Positions 35,268 through 49,276 of a DNA stretch of 64,000 nt are shown here, piece after piece. Source of the DNA: Haplodiscus bocki (lineage: Eukaryota); the NCBI GenBank assembly GCA_965655095.1, contig OZ296649.1, positions 64,294,001-64,358,000 on the forward strand. Direction: 5' to 3'. Position numbers and translations under genes: made by a program. The notes beneath the pieces are model-generated. The model saw only the letters and a list, made by a program, of their open reading frames with translations, was not told where the DNA came from and made no database searches. Within the stretch, counting starts at the first letter, position 1; the number at the start of each line of letters is the position of its first letter.

Positions 35268-38200
35268 AAGAACTTCAACACCAGAAGTCTCGAACATCGG
35301 AAGTTCTAAAAGGTGCCATCTTACAATGGAAATTTGTTTTTGAAACAGTGGCGGTGCTCGATACTGTCTACAAAATCAGTTTCAAGGATAGATCTTCCTT
35401 GGTGGAATATTCAACGTTAGCGGATAAACATGGGTCAATGAGCGAAGACCTTTAAAAACTTACAGGACAAAATCGATCAGAGATCTACAAGCAGGACTGG
35501 TCTGCTAAATTTAAAACTCACTGAAAAGAGTGGCAGAGCTTTTAGACGTTTATAAAACAGGTCCGGAAAAACAGGGAGCTCTGGTCAAATTAGAGTACTG
35601 GGCCTAGTTCAAAGAATCAATGAGCCAGTTCGATAAAGTGTATTTTGATAATTGGAAGATAGGGCTCTACCATTGAACTGGTGGAAAACTTTCCCTTGAA
35701 TGAAGAATCACGTGAAGATACCAGTCACAACTTTGATGACACTCTTGCCAATGTGCAAACTTCTCTACGAATATCAGAAAATGGATTTGAGACAAAAGCC
35801 CAGAACAATTCCGTTGGTGGCCTGATAACAGATAATTGGCGTGGAGGGGCACCAAAACCGAAAAATACGCAAAAGAATCCAAATATCACCTGTGTGAGCA
35901 TTCTCTCACCTAGGAAGAATGAGTTTCTGTCGGCTAGTCTAGAAATTATCCAGGCACTTTTAGGTAACAGGTCAATGTCAAATCCAACGTCAAGCTCCTC
36001 CGGAAGACGACTGCAATTGGAAGCTGAAGTCGCCGCATATCAAGTGAGAGCGAAAATTAAAAGAGAGCAAGATGAATTCGATCTGCGATGCAGGCAAAGA
36101 TAAATGAAAAAAGTGTCGAAGCTGCAGAAAAGACAATTGGAAAATGTAAATCGAACTCGAGCGTGAAAAGGAGGCGTTGGAATAGGCAGAAGTTAAACCA
36201 CAAAAGAAATTGTCATTGAATATGGAAAAAAATGGAAGTCATGGATCAGACATCTTCAAGAGGCATTCTTTCTAGCGCTAGTGGGTCATTTTGTAGTCAG
36301 AATGTCAGAACCAGTTCCTGGGTCAATTCACAAAAGAGTACTTTTGGCCTCCCAGTCGGAGACAAAGCTTGAGGATTAAGTTGGAGCCGTTTTTTCAAGT
36401 GAAAAGCCATGCCCATTGAAGCAGATTGATGCTAGACTGCAACAACCGGTGAAAACAACTGAACCATGGACTACTACTGATGATGAGTTGAAGAAATTTT
36501 TGAAGTTTGATTGAAATGTTTCAGTACTCAGTAGACGATCATTTGGAGGCGGGAGAACTCAAGAATCGACTCCAGTATAGTCAGCAGCAGTTCTAACAAC
36601 TCCAACGGCGATATCTTCGCCGCCAACATCAGTGCCAATGGAGTTGCCAAAGATGGTCCTGGACAATGTTTTCAACGATCCATTGGAAAGGCTGGAATGG
36701 CCTGGTCAGTTTTTTGCGACCCTTGATCAACTTGGGGTAGCACACAGTGTGAAGATCAATGTTCTGCAAATTTTGGTTAATGGCAAAGTGAAAGCAGCAA
36801 TAGAAGGCATACGCTATTCTGGTCAGATGTATCAAGTGGCTTGGCAGACTTTGGAACATGATTTCGGGAGACCGGAGATGGTTGTGAATGCACAACTGAA
36901 ATAGATTCACGCATATCAATTCATAAAACTTCATGAGTTAATGGAGATGGAGAAAATTTTGCGAGTGGTGTCTGGATGCGTTAATATGCTCACCCAATAC
37001 GGGTACGATCAACACTGGTTCAGATTCAGTGTTGAAGAGTGCAATGGGAAAGTTGTCAAATGAGTTCAAAAACAAATTGTTGACGTACTCGCAAAAATAT
37101 GATGCCAGCTTAAAAAATCAGACAAGAATCTGAGAGTCTCTAGTGCATGGCTCAAAAACATTGCACAAGTACAAAAGAACGAGCGCTTGCACTTTGGTTC
37201 TGCAAGTGACAAAACTAAAACAAGCTTCATAAGAGATAAACTGAAGATCACAGGCGTTACAGCTACGAGTGATCCTGTTTCAGTTCTTAAACCTCACTGC
37301 CCTCTGAAAAAAATCACAAAGTCAGACGAAGTGAGGCTTTGAAGAAGATGAAGGTGTCAGAAGGACATGAACCTGTCAATGAATGCATTTTGTGTTTTTT
37401 TGTCGCGGCTCTGGTCACAGGATTGGTCAGTGTAAAGCCAACCGAAAGTGTGGCACGGATGGTTGCAGCAAGCGTCATGACAGACTCTTGCACAGTGACG
37501 ACAACAAACCCCCGACTCAAAAGGAAGAACATAGCAGCAATGAGACAACTAAAAATGCCGAAACAGTATTGGCAGCAAACTCGTGCGGTGAAATTTTGTA
37601 AATTGACCCAATGATTATGTCAAGTGAGACCACCTCCGTTGAAACAATGGCAATTCGTGACACTGGATCAACACTCTCATTTTGTGGATAAAAGTATCAA
37701 AGATCAGTTGACTGTACAAGGAAATGGAAAAGCAGTCCACAATGCTCAATTTTTTGGAACAAAAGAAATGGCCAGTGAGAAAATGAGGATCAAAATCAAA
37801 ACCCTCAATTTATCAGAGTCAGTGTTTTTCCAAGTTCACCCAGCAATGTATCCTGGAAACATTTCGTATAAAGACGATCAATTGATGAGAAAATACCGCC
37901 ATTTTGATGTTTTGCCAGACGATCATATGGATCCCCTGAGGGTCAAAGTGATTCTGGGGCAAGACAACTATCATTTGCTTTTCCCCGCTGCCTACAAAAA
38001 AAGCATCAAGAACCCCGGACTGTCAACACGAAACTCGGATAGACATTGAGTGGTGCATTACCAAAACATGAAGTGGCGCAAGTTGCAGCAACGAGTCATG
38101 TTGCAGCTCAATACGATAGACTGCGTGCACAAATAAAGTCCTGGTTCAACATGGAATCATATGCTACACGAGCGAATGTCAGTGGACGTTCAAAAACAGC

Positions 38201-41200
38201 AAAGGGCTCTGCATCAACTAGGGGAGATAACAAAACTGGTAATTGGTCTCTATGAAGTTGGGCTAAGTAAGGGAAAAGTCAAGGCGACCATTCAGATTAA
38301 CTACTTCTCGGCACATACGCAATTCGTTTCATTGTAACGACACTTGCAGTTGGAGGAATCCCTCAAAGAAAGATACAAAGAGGCTATCAAAAATGACTTG
38401 CAAAATGGCTACAGTCGTGAATTAGAACAAAACGAGATGGATCAAGCCAAAAACGAAAGACAGTGGTATGTGCCGCATCATCCAGTGATCCACCCACACA
38501 AACCCGAAAAGATCAGACGAGTATTCAAGGCAGCAACCCAATACAAGGCAGATTCGCTGTATGACAAATTCGTGTTAGGGCCAGATTTGCTACAAAATCT
38601 TGTTGGAATCATTATGCGATTCAAAAAGCAACAAATTGTTTTTAGAGCAGACATAGAATCATTGTTTCTGCAAAATAAAGTGCCGCAACAAAAGAGCCGA
38701 TTAATAAAACTGCTCCGGAGATGAAAATCGGAATAGAAGATTGGCGTCTACAAGTACACAAGACACGTCTATGCTGCCTAAAGCATTCTGTTGTGTACTA
38801 ATTATGCTCTCTTCCAAGCTGACGTGGGCAACCAAGAAAATCACCCAAAAATTGCAACAGCCATCAAATCAAATTTCTATATGGATGACTTTGCAAAATC
38901 TGTAGCCGCAGTAGGAGAAGTTGCGCAAATCTACCAAAATTGCCAGAACATGATAACGACTCTTCAAAAAGGAGTGTTCATTTTGCTGCAGAAAATTTGC
39001 AGCAACGAAGTGTTCGCGAGAAGTATTTCTGAGCAGGATAGATAAGAAGCAAAAGGCAAAACAATTGAAGCAGAGCCATTTACTTCATCACTTCTGGGCA
39101 TGCATTGGCATGTGGAAAATGACAATTCAGGAGTTTGTCGCTGTGCTGACAGGGAAGTACCCAACAAGATAACACAACGGGCAGTGTTTTTGTTTGTACC
39201 GTCGGTGTTTGACCCGCTGGGGTTCTTTGCACCATTTGCGCTGAGAATACGCACTTCATTGAAGACATTTTGGGCAAAAATGGACAACAATAGGATGACA
39301 AGAATGACAAGGAAGATGAGGAACGGTTCTTTGATTGGGTCGGAGAACTAACGGAATTAAAGAACAAGCCCTTGAAGTGACGCTATTTAGACAAAAACCA
39401 CAAGAAATTAGATTTGCAAAATTCCTCAGATGCCTATATGGAAACAAAGTGCACCGTGGACGATGGTGATGGACAGGAATTGTAATATGTCATCGGGAAG
39501 CGCGTAAATGCACCAATGAAGCAGCAGGCGATCTCAGAGTTCCTTTAGTGGGCAGCACTATACTCTATTAGACTGAGGCAACAGATCACATGAAACAATG
39601 GCACCCAAATCCAGTCAGTGACACGCTGGACAGAGTCAAGGACGGTTGTCTAAAGGTTGCATCGTTTCCGTAAAAAACAGCAGGTGTTCGTTACCAACAG
39701 AGTCGGACAAATATTGTATCAATCCACTGTAAACGAATGGCGCAATGTGGAGGGCCCAAAGGATCCCACAGACACCGGCACAAAAAGCGTCATTGTGTCA
39801 CAGTTGCCGAAAAGTGAATGACCAAAAGGGCCGGCCTGGCTTAAGCAAAACCCGGGTAGCTGGCTAGAGCAAGTAGAGCCAGTGGAAAATAACGACCTTG
39901 TTTTGATGACCAATCAATCAGAGAGAGTCATAGACTGGTCAAAGTTCAGTATATACAAGAGATTGAATAACCTGAATGTTTACTGTCTTAGATTTATATC
40001 ACAGCCACGTGGCATTCTGGCAACATTACAAAGACAAAAAGCCGAGATTTTGTTTTTGCAGAAAACTCAATTAGAAAAGCTTTCCTGAACTGTTCATCAA
40101 ACATGAAGACAACACTGGAGAGAGAGTGAAGCATAACTTAGTAAAACCTTCCCCATTTGTTGGCAGTGACAACACAATAGGAATCAAGGGTCGATTGGAC
40201 AAAGCAACATTCAGTGAGGATTTGGAAATCTATTTTTACTCTCAACCGAGCAACCCAAAGTGGTTGAGAGAAATGCATGATGTCAACCACCATGAGGGAA
40301 CAAAGTGTTTGGGAAGCCGGGTTCTACAATGTTTTTGGGTGATTGGACTATGAAATGCACTCTGCGGCATCAAATTGAGGTGCATGAGTTGTAGAAGGCT
40401 TTTGATGAAACCAATTCAGCCTCACACGGTTGAATTATCAAAAGTTCCAGTTGACAGTAACGTATGTACAATCAAGAAAACTAGAGTAGCTTATTTTTGC
40501 CCATTCAAAGTTACAAACTTACGTAGACCAAAAAAGCACTGGTGCTGTTTGTTTATACGTTTGGTCACCAGAGCCGTTCACATAGAAGTGGTGAGTGGAT
40601 TACACACTGATGCGCGCATGATGGAGATCACCAGTTTACAGGCTAGTCGTGGCGAACTCCACACAATCTTGAAAAAGTTGGAACTAATTTGTTGGATTGG
40701 CTCGAGAAATAAGAGAGTGCTTCAATGAGTGGCATCAAGACGCTATGTGTGAACAACTAGCACGTGGGCAAATCGTTTGGAAATCCAATCCTCTCAGAGT
40801 TCCGTTTTTTGGTGGAATCTGGGAGATACTGGTATGAAACTGCAAGAAAGCCATGTTGGCGATTCTTGGCAACATATGCCTGACATTGCCAGTGCTGACG
40901 ACGACAAAGTGTTTGGTTCAACAAACGTTGAATGACAGAACGTTGACGCCTGTGAGTGACGATCTAGAAGATATAGAAGCACTGAGGCTCAATCAATATT
41001 TGTTGGCACGAACTGTGGTGGCAGAGCACTTGATGCCAGATTCTGGCAGGTATATCGACTGCCAAAAGATGTATTAATTATCTCAAGCGTACAATCAAAA
41101 GATATGAAACAGATGGGGAAAACTATCTACACAAGTGAAATTTGCGAGGTAAATGGGCAAATGACAACGAACGTGTTCTGAAAGTTAGAAATCCAGTATG

Positions 41201-41385
41201 GCTAATCGACGAGTCAGTTCAACGACACGAAAACAAGGTGGCGTGAGTGATTGATTTGTTTCCAGTGCTGAGGTTGTCGACCGATCAGCGTCAACCAAAA
41301 CTGCCGACGAGGATCATAGAAGACCCGCAGTGAAGCTGGTGCCAGGGTTCTTTGAATCGTTTGGAGATGAAAACAGGGCCGGCGA
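35268..41385 (+). mobile_element. BEL/Pao LTR retrotransposon gag-pol, heavily degenerate
   Basis: Gag knuckles CFFCRGSGHRIGQC and CGTDGCSKRHDRLLH; protease DTGS (~37660); RT WYVPHHPV, GPDLLQNL, NFYMDD; FDPLG; integrase HHEG, CMSC, LVTRAVHIE. Purine-rich PPT-like segment before 41386. Confidence 0.92.
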
Positions 41386-41709
41386 TCTTGTCGCCAGAGA
41401 CATAGAAAACAACAAAATTAAAAAATTATCTAAGATAGTAAAAATTCTTGTTACTTTGAGTTAACCATAAATCAGGCTTTAACAATTTTCGTGCATTTGG
41501 TAATTTCAATTTGCTGTCCCCTGGCGTATTTGTCACTTGGAGCTATCAAAAACAGTGAAATTATGTTCTGACAGTAACATGACCGTAGAAACACTCAAGC
41601 TTGTCCCCTCTTAGGGCTGACGACAAAAACTTATGACAAAACCTGATAATCTCCTGTTCTTTCGTTGTGCCAAGTTTCAACCCAATCAGACACTTAAAAA
41701 TATAATTTC
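41386..41709 (+). repeat. BEL/Pao 3' LTR (3' end approximate)
   Basis: Follows the PPT-like segment. Homologous to 33117-33435 but clearly diverged over its first ~240 bp. Confidence 0.75.
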
Positions 41710-42901
41710 GTCCGTTGGGACCTCCTTCAGAAGTTTTTTTTGCTTAGTTTTCTGCGTTTCAGATCAACTTTAGTGCAAAACTTCATTTTGTGGGAAAAAC
41801 TTGGACCAAGTCTGCTTCAAGCTATCATAATATTTGTTGCAACGACCCATTTTAACTATATTTGATACTTTACGTTGAAAAAAATTGTGGTTATGATTGG
41901 ATTTACCTAAAGAAAATTGGTTCTCCTATGGCGTGGTTCCCTGATTCCTGTACATTTATCCCGTTGAAATTGTTTTTTACGCCACACCTATGTCAATCAA
42001 AAGCTCTGGCATTCATTGTGCTTGCTGGCAAGCCACGAACGTTTTTGCGTTGCTTCATTGTTTGAGTTGTGAAGGTATTTTGAACTTTGATGAAAAGAAA
42101 TTTGTCATATTCTCACCTTTTTCCAAATAACAAGTAAATTCTTTCTTTTTCAATTCTTTTAACCCCACTTTTTTATTTCCCGAAACCGCTTGTCAATTTG
42201 GATCCTGGCCACCACCAAGCCACTTTTTATTCATGCTTTATAACTTTCGAAACTTGTATTATTGTTGTTGTTTGCTATTTAAACAATATGTTCTGGTAAT
42301 CATTTAGACCGATTTGAACAACGCTAGGGAGGGGTTGATAGTTAAATTGCGATTTAAATTGTTTAAAATTTTCCCAGTTGGGCGCTAAAGACAGAATCTA
42401 ATCATAGTTGGGACTATTTCTACCAAGATTGTCCACTCCGAAAGAGTTTTGGAGAAAAAAATCGTCGAAGCTACGAACAGCTATCTAGTCGAGCTATTTC
42501 AGAATCAACCGAAAACAAATGGAAGACAGAGTCGCTCAAAATTCTAGAATCCTGTTTTGCTAGTGGAGAGCAGGACAAACCAGGCACCGGCAGAAGCTCG
42601 AATCTGTTGTTAAGATTCTAGTCAGTCGCTATCTTCTCTCTTGCATTAAGCTGGATTTTCGTTATTCAAATCTCTCTCAGGAAGTAAACAAAGGAAATAA
42701 TTGCGATAATCTGGGACGGAGAAATTGTCTGCCATTTCCCTTTTATTGTTTTTCAAATGCTAATTCCTACAGTTTTTATACTTCAAATAGTGAGCAACGG
42801 AATATCATTGATCTCAGCTGAAATGAATCATCGTTCTGTCTCCATTTGGTTCTGTTGTTGTGCCTAATAGTTGTGATAAAGTTATTAAATAGTTTCATAT
42901 T

Positions 42902-43551
42902 GTGATGCCTCCAAAGAAGGTGAACCAAACGAAAACTAGTGTATCAGACGAAGTGTTCACTGATGAGGATGGCAAGAATCACTTGATAGAGTGTAGCGGA
43001 CCTGGTCAAGATGGAAATGGATGTGTGGCATGGGTACCAGTCTGGCTCCCTACACGACTGTCAAAAAATTTCATTGAGCGACCCTTTCTTTGTGGTTACT
43101 GTGCTTTTACGGAAGTTGAAAACTTGCGGAAGGAAGCTCATGGTGATTCAAAAGTACAAGAGACTAGGCTCTCAAATTTGTTTTTATCGGATGCCAATGA
43201 GCAATACGGACAAAAAGAAAATGTCAGATTATTTGGTGCTGAAGAGCAAACAGGAGAGGATGTGTATCTGCAGGTTGTGGATGTGGTGAAAGGAACAGGT
43301 GTTGAAATTTGTAAGAGTGATATTAGTGTATGCCATCGTCTCCCTGCAAGAGGACAATCGATAAACCTATTATTGTGAACTTTGTCCGGAGACAAACAAA
43401 ACTGGCATTGATGAAAAAGAAAAGTAGTTTGCAACATCAGTCAGGTAGGCCTATCTATATCAATGATGATATCATTCAGCTGGGGGCGCGTCTTCTAAAA
43501 TCGCTCAAAGAAAAACCGGATGTCAAAGCTGCAAACATGATCAATGAGTAA
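42902..43551 (+). pseudogene. LINE (CR1/L2-like) ORF1, one frameshift
   Basis: PHD-like Cys pattern (ECSG...C...WV...CGYC), then DISVCHRLP and PIIVNFVRR...IYINDD, typical of non-LTR ORF1. Confidence 0.8.
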
Positions 43552-43699
43552 ATAATCGTGTACCAGACGAATATTGATAAAGTTGTTTTTCATACATTGA
43601 ATGAATTATACAAATGGGATCCGGGTTTGGTCATGCGTGTATGTGCTGATAGACTAAATTTTCAGTAGAGGACCCTCGTAATAGTAAAAAACAAGAAGT

Positions 43700-45335
43700 A
43701 GAAGGTAATGAATGGATTTTTCAAGTGAATATTCGATCGATTGAAAATCATTTTGACGACCTAATGATGTTTATTGAAGATCAAAAATTAAACAAGCTGT
43801 CTTTTATATGTTTGACAGAAACGTGGCTGTCAGATAACTCTACGTTGAGTCTATTTGAGATACCGGAGTATCACAGATTGATTTCGCATGCAGGATTCAA
43901 TAGAAACAGTGGTGCTGGGATTTATGTACATAAATCGCTTCGCTATCAAGTTGTTGAATTTCACGAGAGCCTACCTGCAGTTGGGGTGAAATGTACAAAT
44001 GCGTCAAAAAACTGTTTTATAGTTGCATGTGTGTATAACTCGCCATCTTGCGATAAGCTAACGTTCATACAAAAAATGTCTACATGGTCTTCGAATTTAG
44101 CAAAGTCCAAGCACCCATGTTATATTGTTGGGGATATGAATATTAATTTGCTTGAAACCAATACCACTTCGAACAACTATATCGAATCAATGCTATTGAG
44201 TGGCTTTACCCAACATATAGCAAAGCCAACCCGTGCTACTCCGGTATCGAAAACTCTTCTAGATCGTGTGTTTCAAAATAATATTTTTTAAAATACATAT
44301 GGTGTAATGAGTTTATCTATAACAGATCGTTATGCACCGAAAGTGATAATACCATACTGTCGAGCAAAAGAGCAGAAAGTGATATTTCAGGTAAAGTTGA
44401 TTAGTTTTTTAACCGACGAAGATTCAAGAGTGCTTTATCTGCGTAGTCTTCGTGAAAGATTGTTCCACACTCCATTTGCTTCAGACGTGAATGATAATTT
44501 TTCTCTTTTCACTCAAGCGATAAATGAAACCACCGTCAGTTTTACTGTTGAAAAGCAATTCGTCCAAAAAGAAAACAAAATACCTTGGTATAGCAAAAAG
44601 ATTAAAAATCAAATTCTACTTCGTGATAAATATCTGAAGCAATATCTTGCAAACCCAACATCGGCAAATAAGCTGAAGTATACTGCCTCGAGAAATTATA
44701 CAAATCGCTTGATAAAAGGTGAGAAATATAGTTTCTACATCAGAAAGTTCGAGAGTGAAATGAAACAAACCTGGCGGTTTTACAGGGAATTAAATAAATT
44801 ATCTGGAAGGAACGTGACCAAGGATGAAGTTCGCATCATTGAACCGGAACTCAATGTAGTCGTTCGGGAAGATAATCTAGCAAACTTTTTAAATCAAAGA
44901 TTTGCTTCACAGGGTGAACGTGTCTCCAGATCCATATCTGCATTATCGGTCGAAGAATTCCAATCGGAGCGTACTTTGAAAAGCATGTAATTATACCCAC
45001 CATCATTAGACGAAATCCATCGTTTAGTTGCTGATCTTAAAACTGGCAAAGCATCCGGCATCGATGAACTTTCTGCTGAGGTTTTGAAGATATCTGCTCT
45101 GGCTATAGTCCCATATCTACAAAAGTTAATAAATCAAACGTTTAGTCAGGGCGAGTTCCCAGACTGTCTGAAAATTGACAGATTTATTCCACTATTTAAA
45201 TCTGGAAGTAAAACCGACGTTGATAACTATAGATCAATTTCTTTACTACGAGTTTTGAGTAAAGTACTTGAAAAAATCATGTACAATCGTCTAATCAAAT
45301 TCCTCGACGAAAACGACATACTTTATGAGAAGCAA
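43700..45335 (+). pseudogene. LINE ORF2: APE endonuclease and RT N-terminus, 3'-truncated
   Basis: NIRS, ICLTETWL, GAGIYV, IVGDMNINL, KPTR, TLLDRVF, PWY and YRSISLL...LSKVLEKI...LYEKQ, after which homology stops. Confidence 0.92.
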
Positions 45336-45779
45336 GGCTACCCATATCGTTGGAAATACAACTTCGATCGCTTATTCTCTTGAACAGACTACTAAACGGA
45401 TTTTACAGCAATTTTCCTATTTTATCACATATCACTTTCACGATCCCAAATTCCGGTGCATACAACACCCGGTAATCTGAAAAGCCTATGTTCCATCTGC
45501 CGAAAGTCAAGAAGACACGAACGACCCTCGATTTCTTTTACCGAGTGCCAAAACTTGTGAACTACTTCCATGCAAACACGAATCTGGACATATTCGAAAA
45601 ACCCCGCTAGTTTCAAATATACTGCTGCGGCCGAGTTCAACAAAATATTTTTGTTAAATATCTATAACCTCGATCAGCCGTACATGTAATTTTCAATTTC
45701 CCACTAACATTGCCTTCTTAGCAATTCAAGTCTTTCTCTCTCTCTCTCTTTCATTAGTTTCAGACGTTGCTTCGGTACG

Positions 45780-46150
45780 AAAACTTGACTTATAGACGTT
45801 TTTTGTCATTTCATGTTTCATAGGTTTTTCGTCAATTGTCAAACTTCGTCGATGAATAATTATTTTCTGTAACTGCCGCGTTGTAATTGAAAATTGCTTC
45901 CCGTTTCCCTAGATTATTGATGTATTTAACTGGTCATCTGTATCAGGTTCCAAAAATCTTTTCTATCAGAGGTGATCCAATTTTCGATCTGTTTGGAGTT
46001 GTTTTATTTGAGTTTGCTCCGCATAATGTTTCCCATTTCTTGGTTTTGTTTTAAGTGCTCAACCAAAACTTCCTCAGTTCTCTTATCCATCGTTTTCCGT
46101 TAGACTTTTGAAGGAGCCTTTTAATTTCTTCAATCCAGCCTTTGTGATTT
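45780..46150 (-). repeat. Second copy of the repeat at ~12870-13250
   Basis: Shared CTTCCCGTTTCCCT...CTGGTCATCT...ATCAGGTTCCAA and the same end AATCCAG.CTTTGTGATT. Confidence 0.8.
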
Positions 46151-46910
46151 AATACAAGGAGCGATCACGACGAATTAATCTTCTACCCATTGCTTTGTAC
46201 CACGAAATGCATGTCTTACTGTTGTTTAAACAAATCGTCTTGAATACGTACGACCTTGAATGGCAATTTTTTGTGCAACCAGAGGAAGGGAAAACAAGAA
46301 TTAAAGAGATCGGAGTCGTGTTTTTAGGAAGTGTAATAGCTAAGTCATTCGCATTCTACGGCAAGTTTGCTATAATTTGATAAAAAAAGTTTCGACGTCA
46401 AATCGTATGCAATTGGCTATTAAACGTTAAAACAATGAACGCGGCGAGAGGATGATTTTCCATCGTATTGAAATATAGCGGATAATAATAATTTTAGAAT
46501 CTCAAAACTTGGCTGTTTTAAATATTGTGCAAGAATTTTCCAACAGTGTTCATTGGTAAGTACGATGGAAAAGTTTTCATATCAGTTCATGTTTGTGAAC
46601 ACGAACGCCTTGCCCGATGGCTTTCTTTCAACGACAATGTAAAAGTTTTGTCTCAGTGTGACGAAACAAGTAGGTCTTCTATTTCTTCCGATATTTGGTG
46701 CAATAGTGCAACAAAAACCTTTTTAGTAAGTTTATCACATCACTTAAGACTTGCAGAATTGTTGCACAATTTAACAGTTGAAAAAAGTGTCCTGAACTTT
46801 CTCCAAATTCGAAAATGCTTCAGTGAAGCTGGAATTAGGACCCTCAAACTCTTGTACTGTTAATTTTGCATCATACTTCATCCAGGCATTCTGTCCGCTA
46901 AGTTTAATCT

Positions 46911-47110
46911 NNNNNNNNNNNNNNNNNNNNNNNNNNNNNNNNNNNNNNNNNNNNNNNNNNNNNNNNNNNNNNNNNNNNNNNNNNNNNNNNNNNNNNNNNN
47001 NNNNNNNNNNNNNNNNNNNNNNNNNNNNNNNNNNNNNNNNNNNNNNNNNNNNNNNNNNNNNNNNNNNNNNNNNNNNNNNNNNNNNNNNNNNNNNNNNNNN
47101 NNNNNNNNNN
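46911..47110. other. Assembly gap (200 N)
   Basis: Run of N. Confidence 1.
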
Positions 47111-48619
47111 AGACAAGGTATTGAAAGTGAGAAGAAACTTCACGGAAGACGCTTGTCATGGCGAAGATTAGACGTATTATGACGAACGTCTAAAGCGAGA
47201 TATCTTTATCTTATCGTTGTTACGTAAGTAGAATTTTCCTTAATAACGTGTTCGGACGTTTCCGTTGTTAGGGTTTTTCCACTGTAAAATGTACTTCTAG
47301 CACAGACGGTCCGTTGAAAAATCGCGAGGTGGCTTCGAGCTGCAACTGTTGCGTTCGTCTACGATGTTCGGACGGTTTGGAGCGAAGTCAGAATTAGACT
47401 ATTTGTCTTATTCTAACCTATGAAGAATGCCATTCTTCGTGTTTTAGAAACTGTTGCCTCCTCATGACTTTACTTGCTTACTCTACTTTCTTATTATTGC
47501 CAGTATTTTGATGGAAAAGGAAATAAAGGTTAGAAGTATCGAATTGAATTTTTGAAAAAAAATTGATTTCCTTTTTTTCCCATTTTTTGGAATACATGGA
47601 GGCCCTATCTATACACTGAGGTCTTCATGTGTGGTAAAGGGTGAAGCAACATGTTAGCTGAACGTTTGCAGGCGATATTTCTGTTTATTTAGCTGTCAAG
47701 ATAGAGAATATTTATTGGGTGCCATCTACGGTGCGAACACCCCCCCCCCCCCCTATCCTTATTACTCCTAATTCAAAATTTTTCCTCCACTTGCTGAAAT
47801 TAACGACTTCTTTTTAAATACGTAGGACCGTCATTGAGACTACGGCTTCTCGCTGCCCGTCACTTGAACACGAGCTATGTAACTTGAACACGGGGTTCGA
47901 GCTTTCCTGATGAATTTTTCGGATTGCAAGGCAACTGACAGGGTTGGAAGCAATAACTAAAGTGTCAAATTAATATGTTCTTTGAGAAACTTTTGAGCCC
48001 CTATGCCATTAAACTCTACTGATGCCTAATTTTAGTTTTTTTTCAAGGTTTGTGATATAGAAAAATTGTGTTGTTTTAGTACGTTCTCGATTTTTGGAGC
48101 CACTACATTCTGTGGTAGGAAACGGTGCAGCTGCTGACAAAAAGGTGATAATAGCTTCTGTTGTCATCTCTGTATTCTCTGTGCTTCTTTTTTGGACCGA
48201 TTTGTTGGCAGTTATTCTTGTCATACTCATTGGAGCACTGGGTATGTTACTCCAAGTTATTTATCAATTCCGTTGGATTTCAAAAATTGAAACGGTGCAA
48301 CAAATTATGAAAAGAAAATATATGTGTCAACTAAAAAAGAAATGTGTGTTATAAAGATTTTAAAACAGACACATTCATCATTATGCAGTAATTCATGCCG
48401 TGGAAAACTGCCATACCGGTTCTTCCAAGCAGTTGGTCGCCGCTCGTCTGTAGGTATTCCAGTTCAATCTCTTAAAAATTTTTCACTTGGGGATACCATG
48501 GACAAAGATGAGCAAAAGTTGGAAAGTTTCAATTTTGATCAAGCAAAGTCCAATTCAAAATCACCTGAGACCAAATTATAAATATAGATACTGGGGAGCT
48601 TAGTGCTAGGCTCGTGCCA

Positions 48620-49090
48620 AGCAAAACAAGAGAATGGCCAAACTCGGCGCCTCTCATGTGGCTCAAATTACTCATGAGTTGATTCAGATGTTTGCTGAGA
48701 TTCGGACTCGCTATTTGTCGATTCATTCACTTTTTTTCGAAACTACGTAGATTTTGGTATAATTACCGGTATAAAATATGAGACAACAAAGTTTATGCTG
48801 GGGTTAAAAATTCAGTAGATTTTATTGGGGGGGTTGTGTCACGAAATTTTGGACCGAAGGATCCATTTTTTTCCCATAATTGTTAGATTTTGGTATAAAC
48901 TGTTCAAAAAAAAAAAGAGCCTATAAACTGGGGCTCGAACCAAGTACCAGTGGACTCGGAACTTTTTTGTCTTACCCACTGGGCCTTGTAAAAAAAATAT
49001 GGCTTACACGAGGGTTCGAACCCTCGACATGTCGCTCGGAACCCTTTTGTCCTGTCCACTAGGCAATGGAGATACCACATAACAAACTGC
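48620..49090 (-). repeat. Dispersed repeat with two tandem tRNA-like units (same family as 31880-32325)
   Basis: Minus strand reads GCCTAGTGG...GAGGGTTCGAACCCTC and GCCCAGTGG...TGGTTCGAGCCCCA (A box and B box, twice). Confidence 0.65.
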
Positions 49091-49276
49091 ATTAGTCTGC
49101 ATCTTCTTTTCATAAAGCGCCGACTGAAAATGTGCTCTCGTTTATAATCAAAACATTATAATGGAAGCCTTAATGGCTCGTTGATGTAATCTAAAGCAAA
49201 GGAATGCATTCAAAGTGCAATCGCATTGAGGGAAAATTTCGAAAGGAAATTTTGTGCGGTGCCAAGAACTTATCGA

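Noticed and set aside
46823-47182. ORFs spanning the N run
   Set aside because: Artefacts of the assembly gap.
48900-49070. Functional tRNA genes
   Set aside because: A and B boxes are present but I could not form a complete cloverleaf, and the units sit in tandem in a dispersed repeat.
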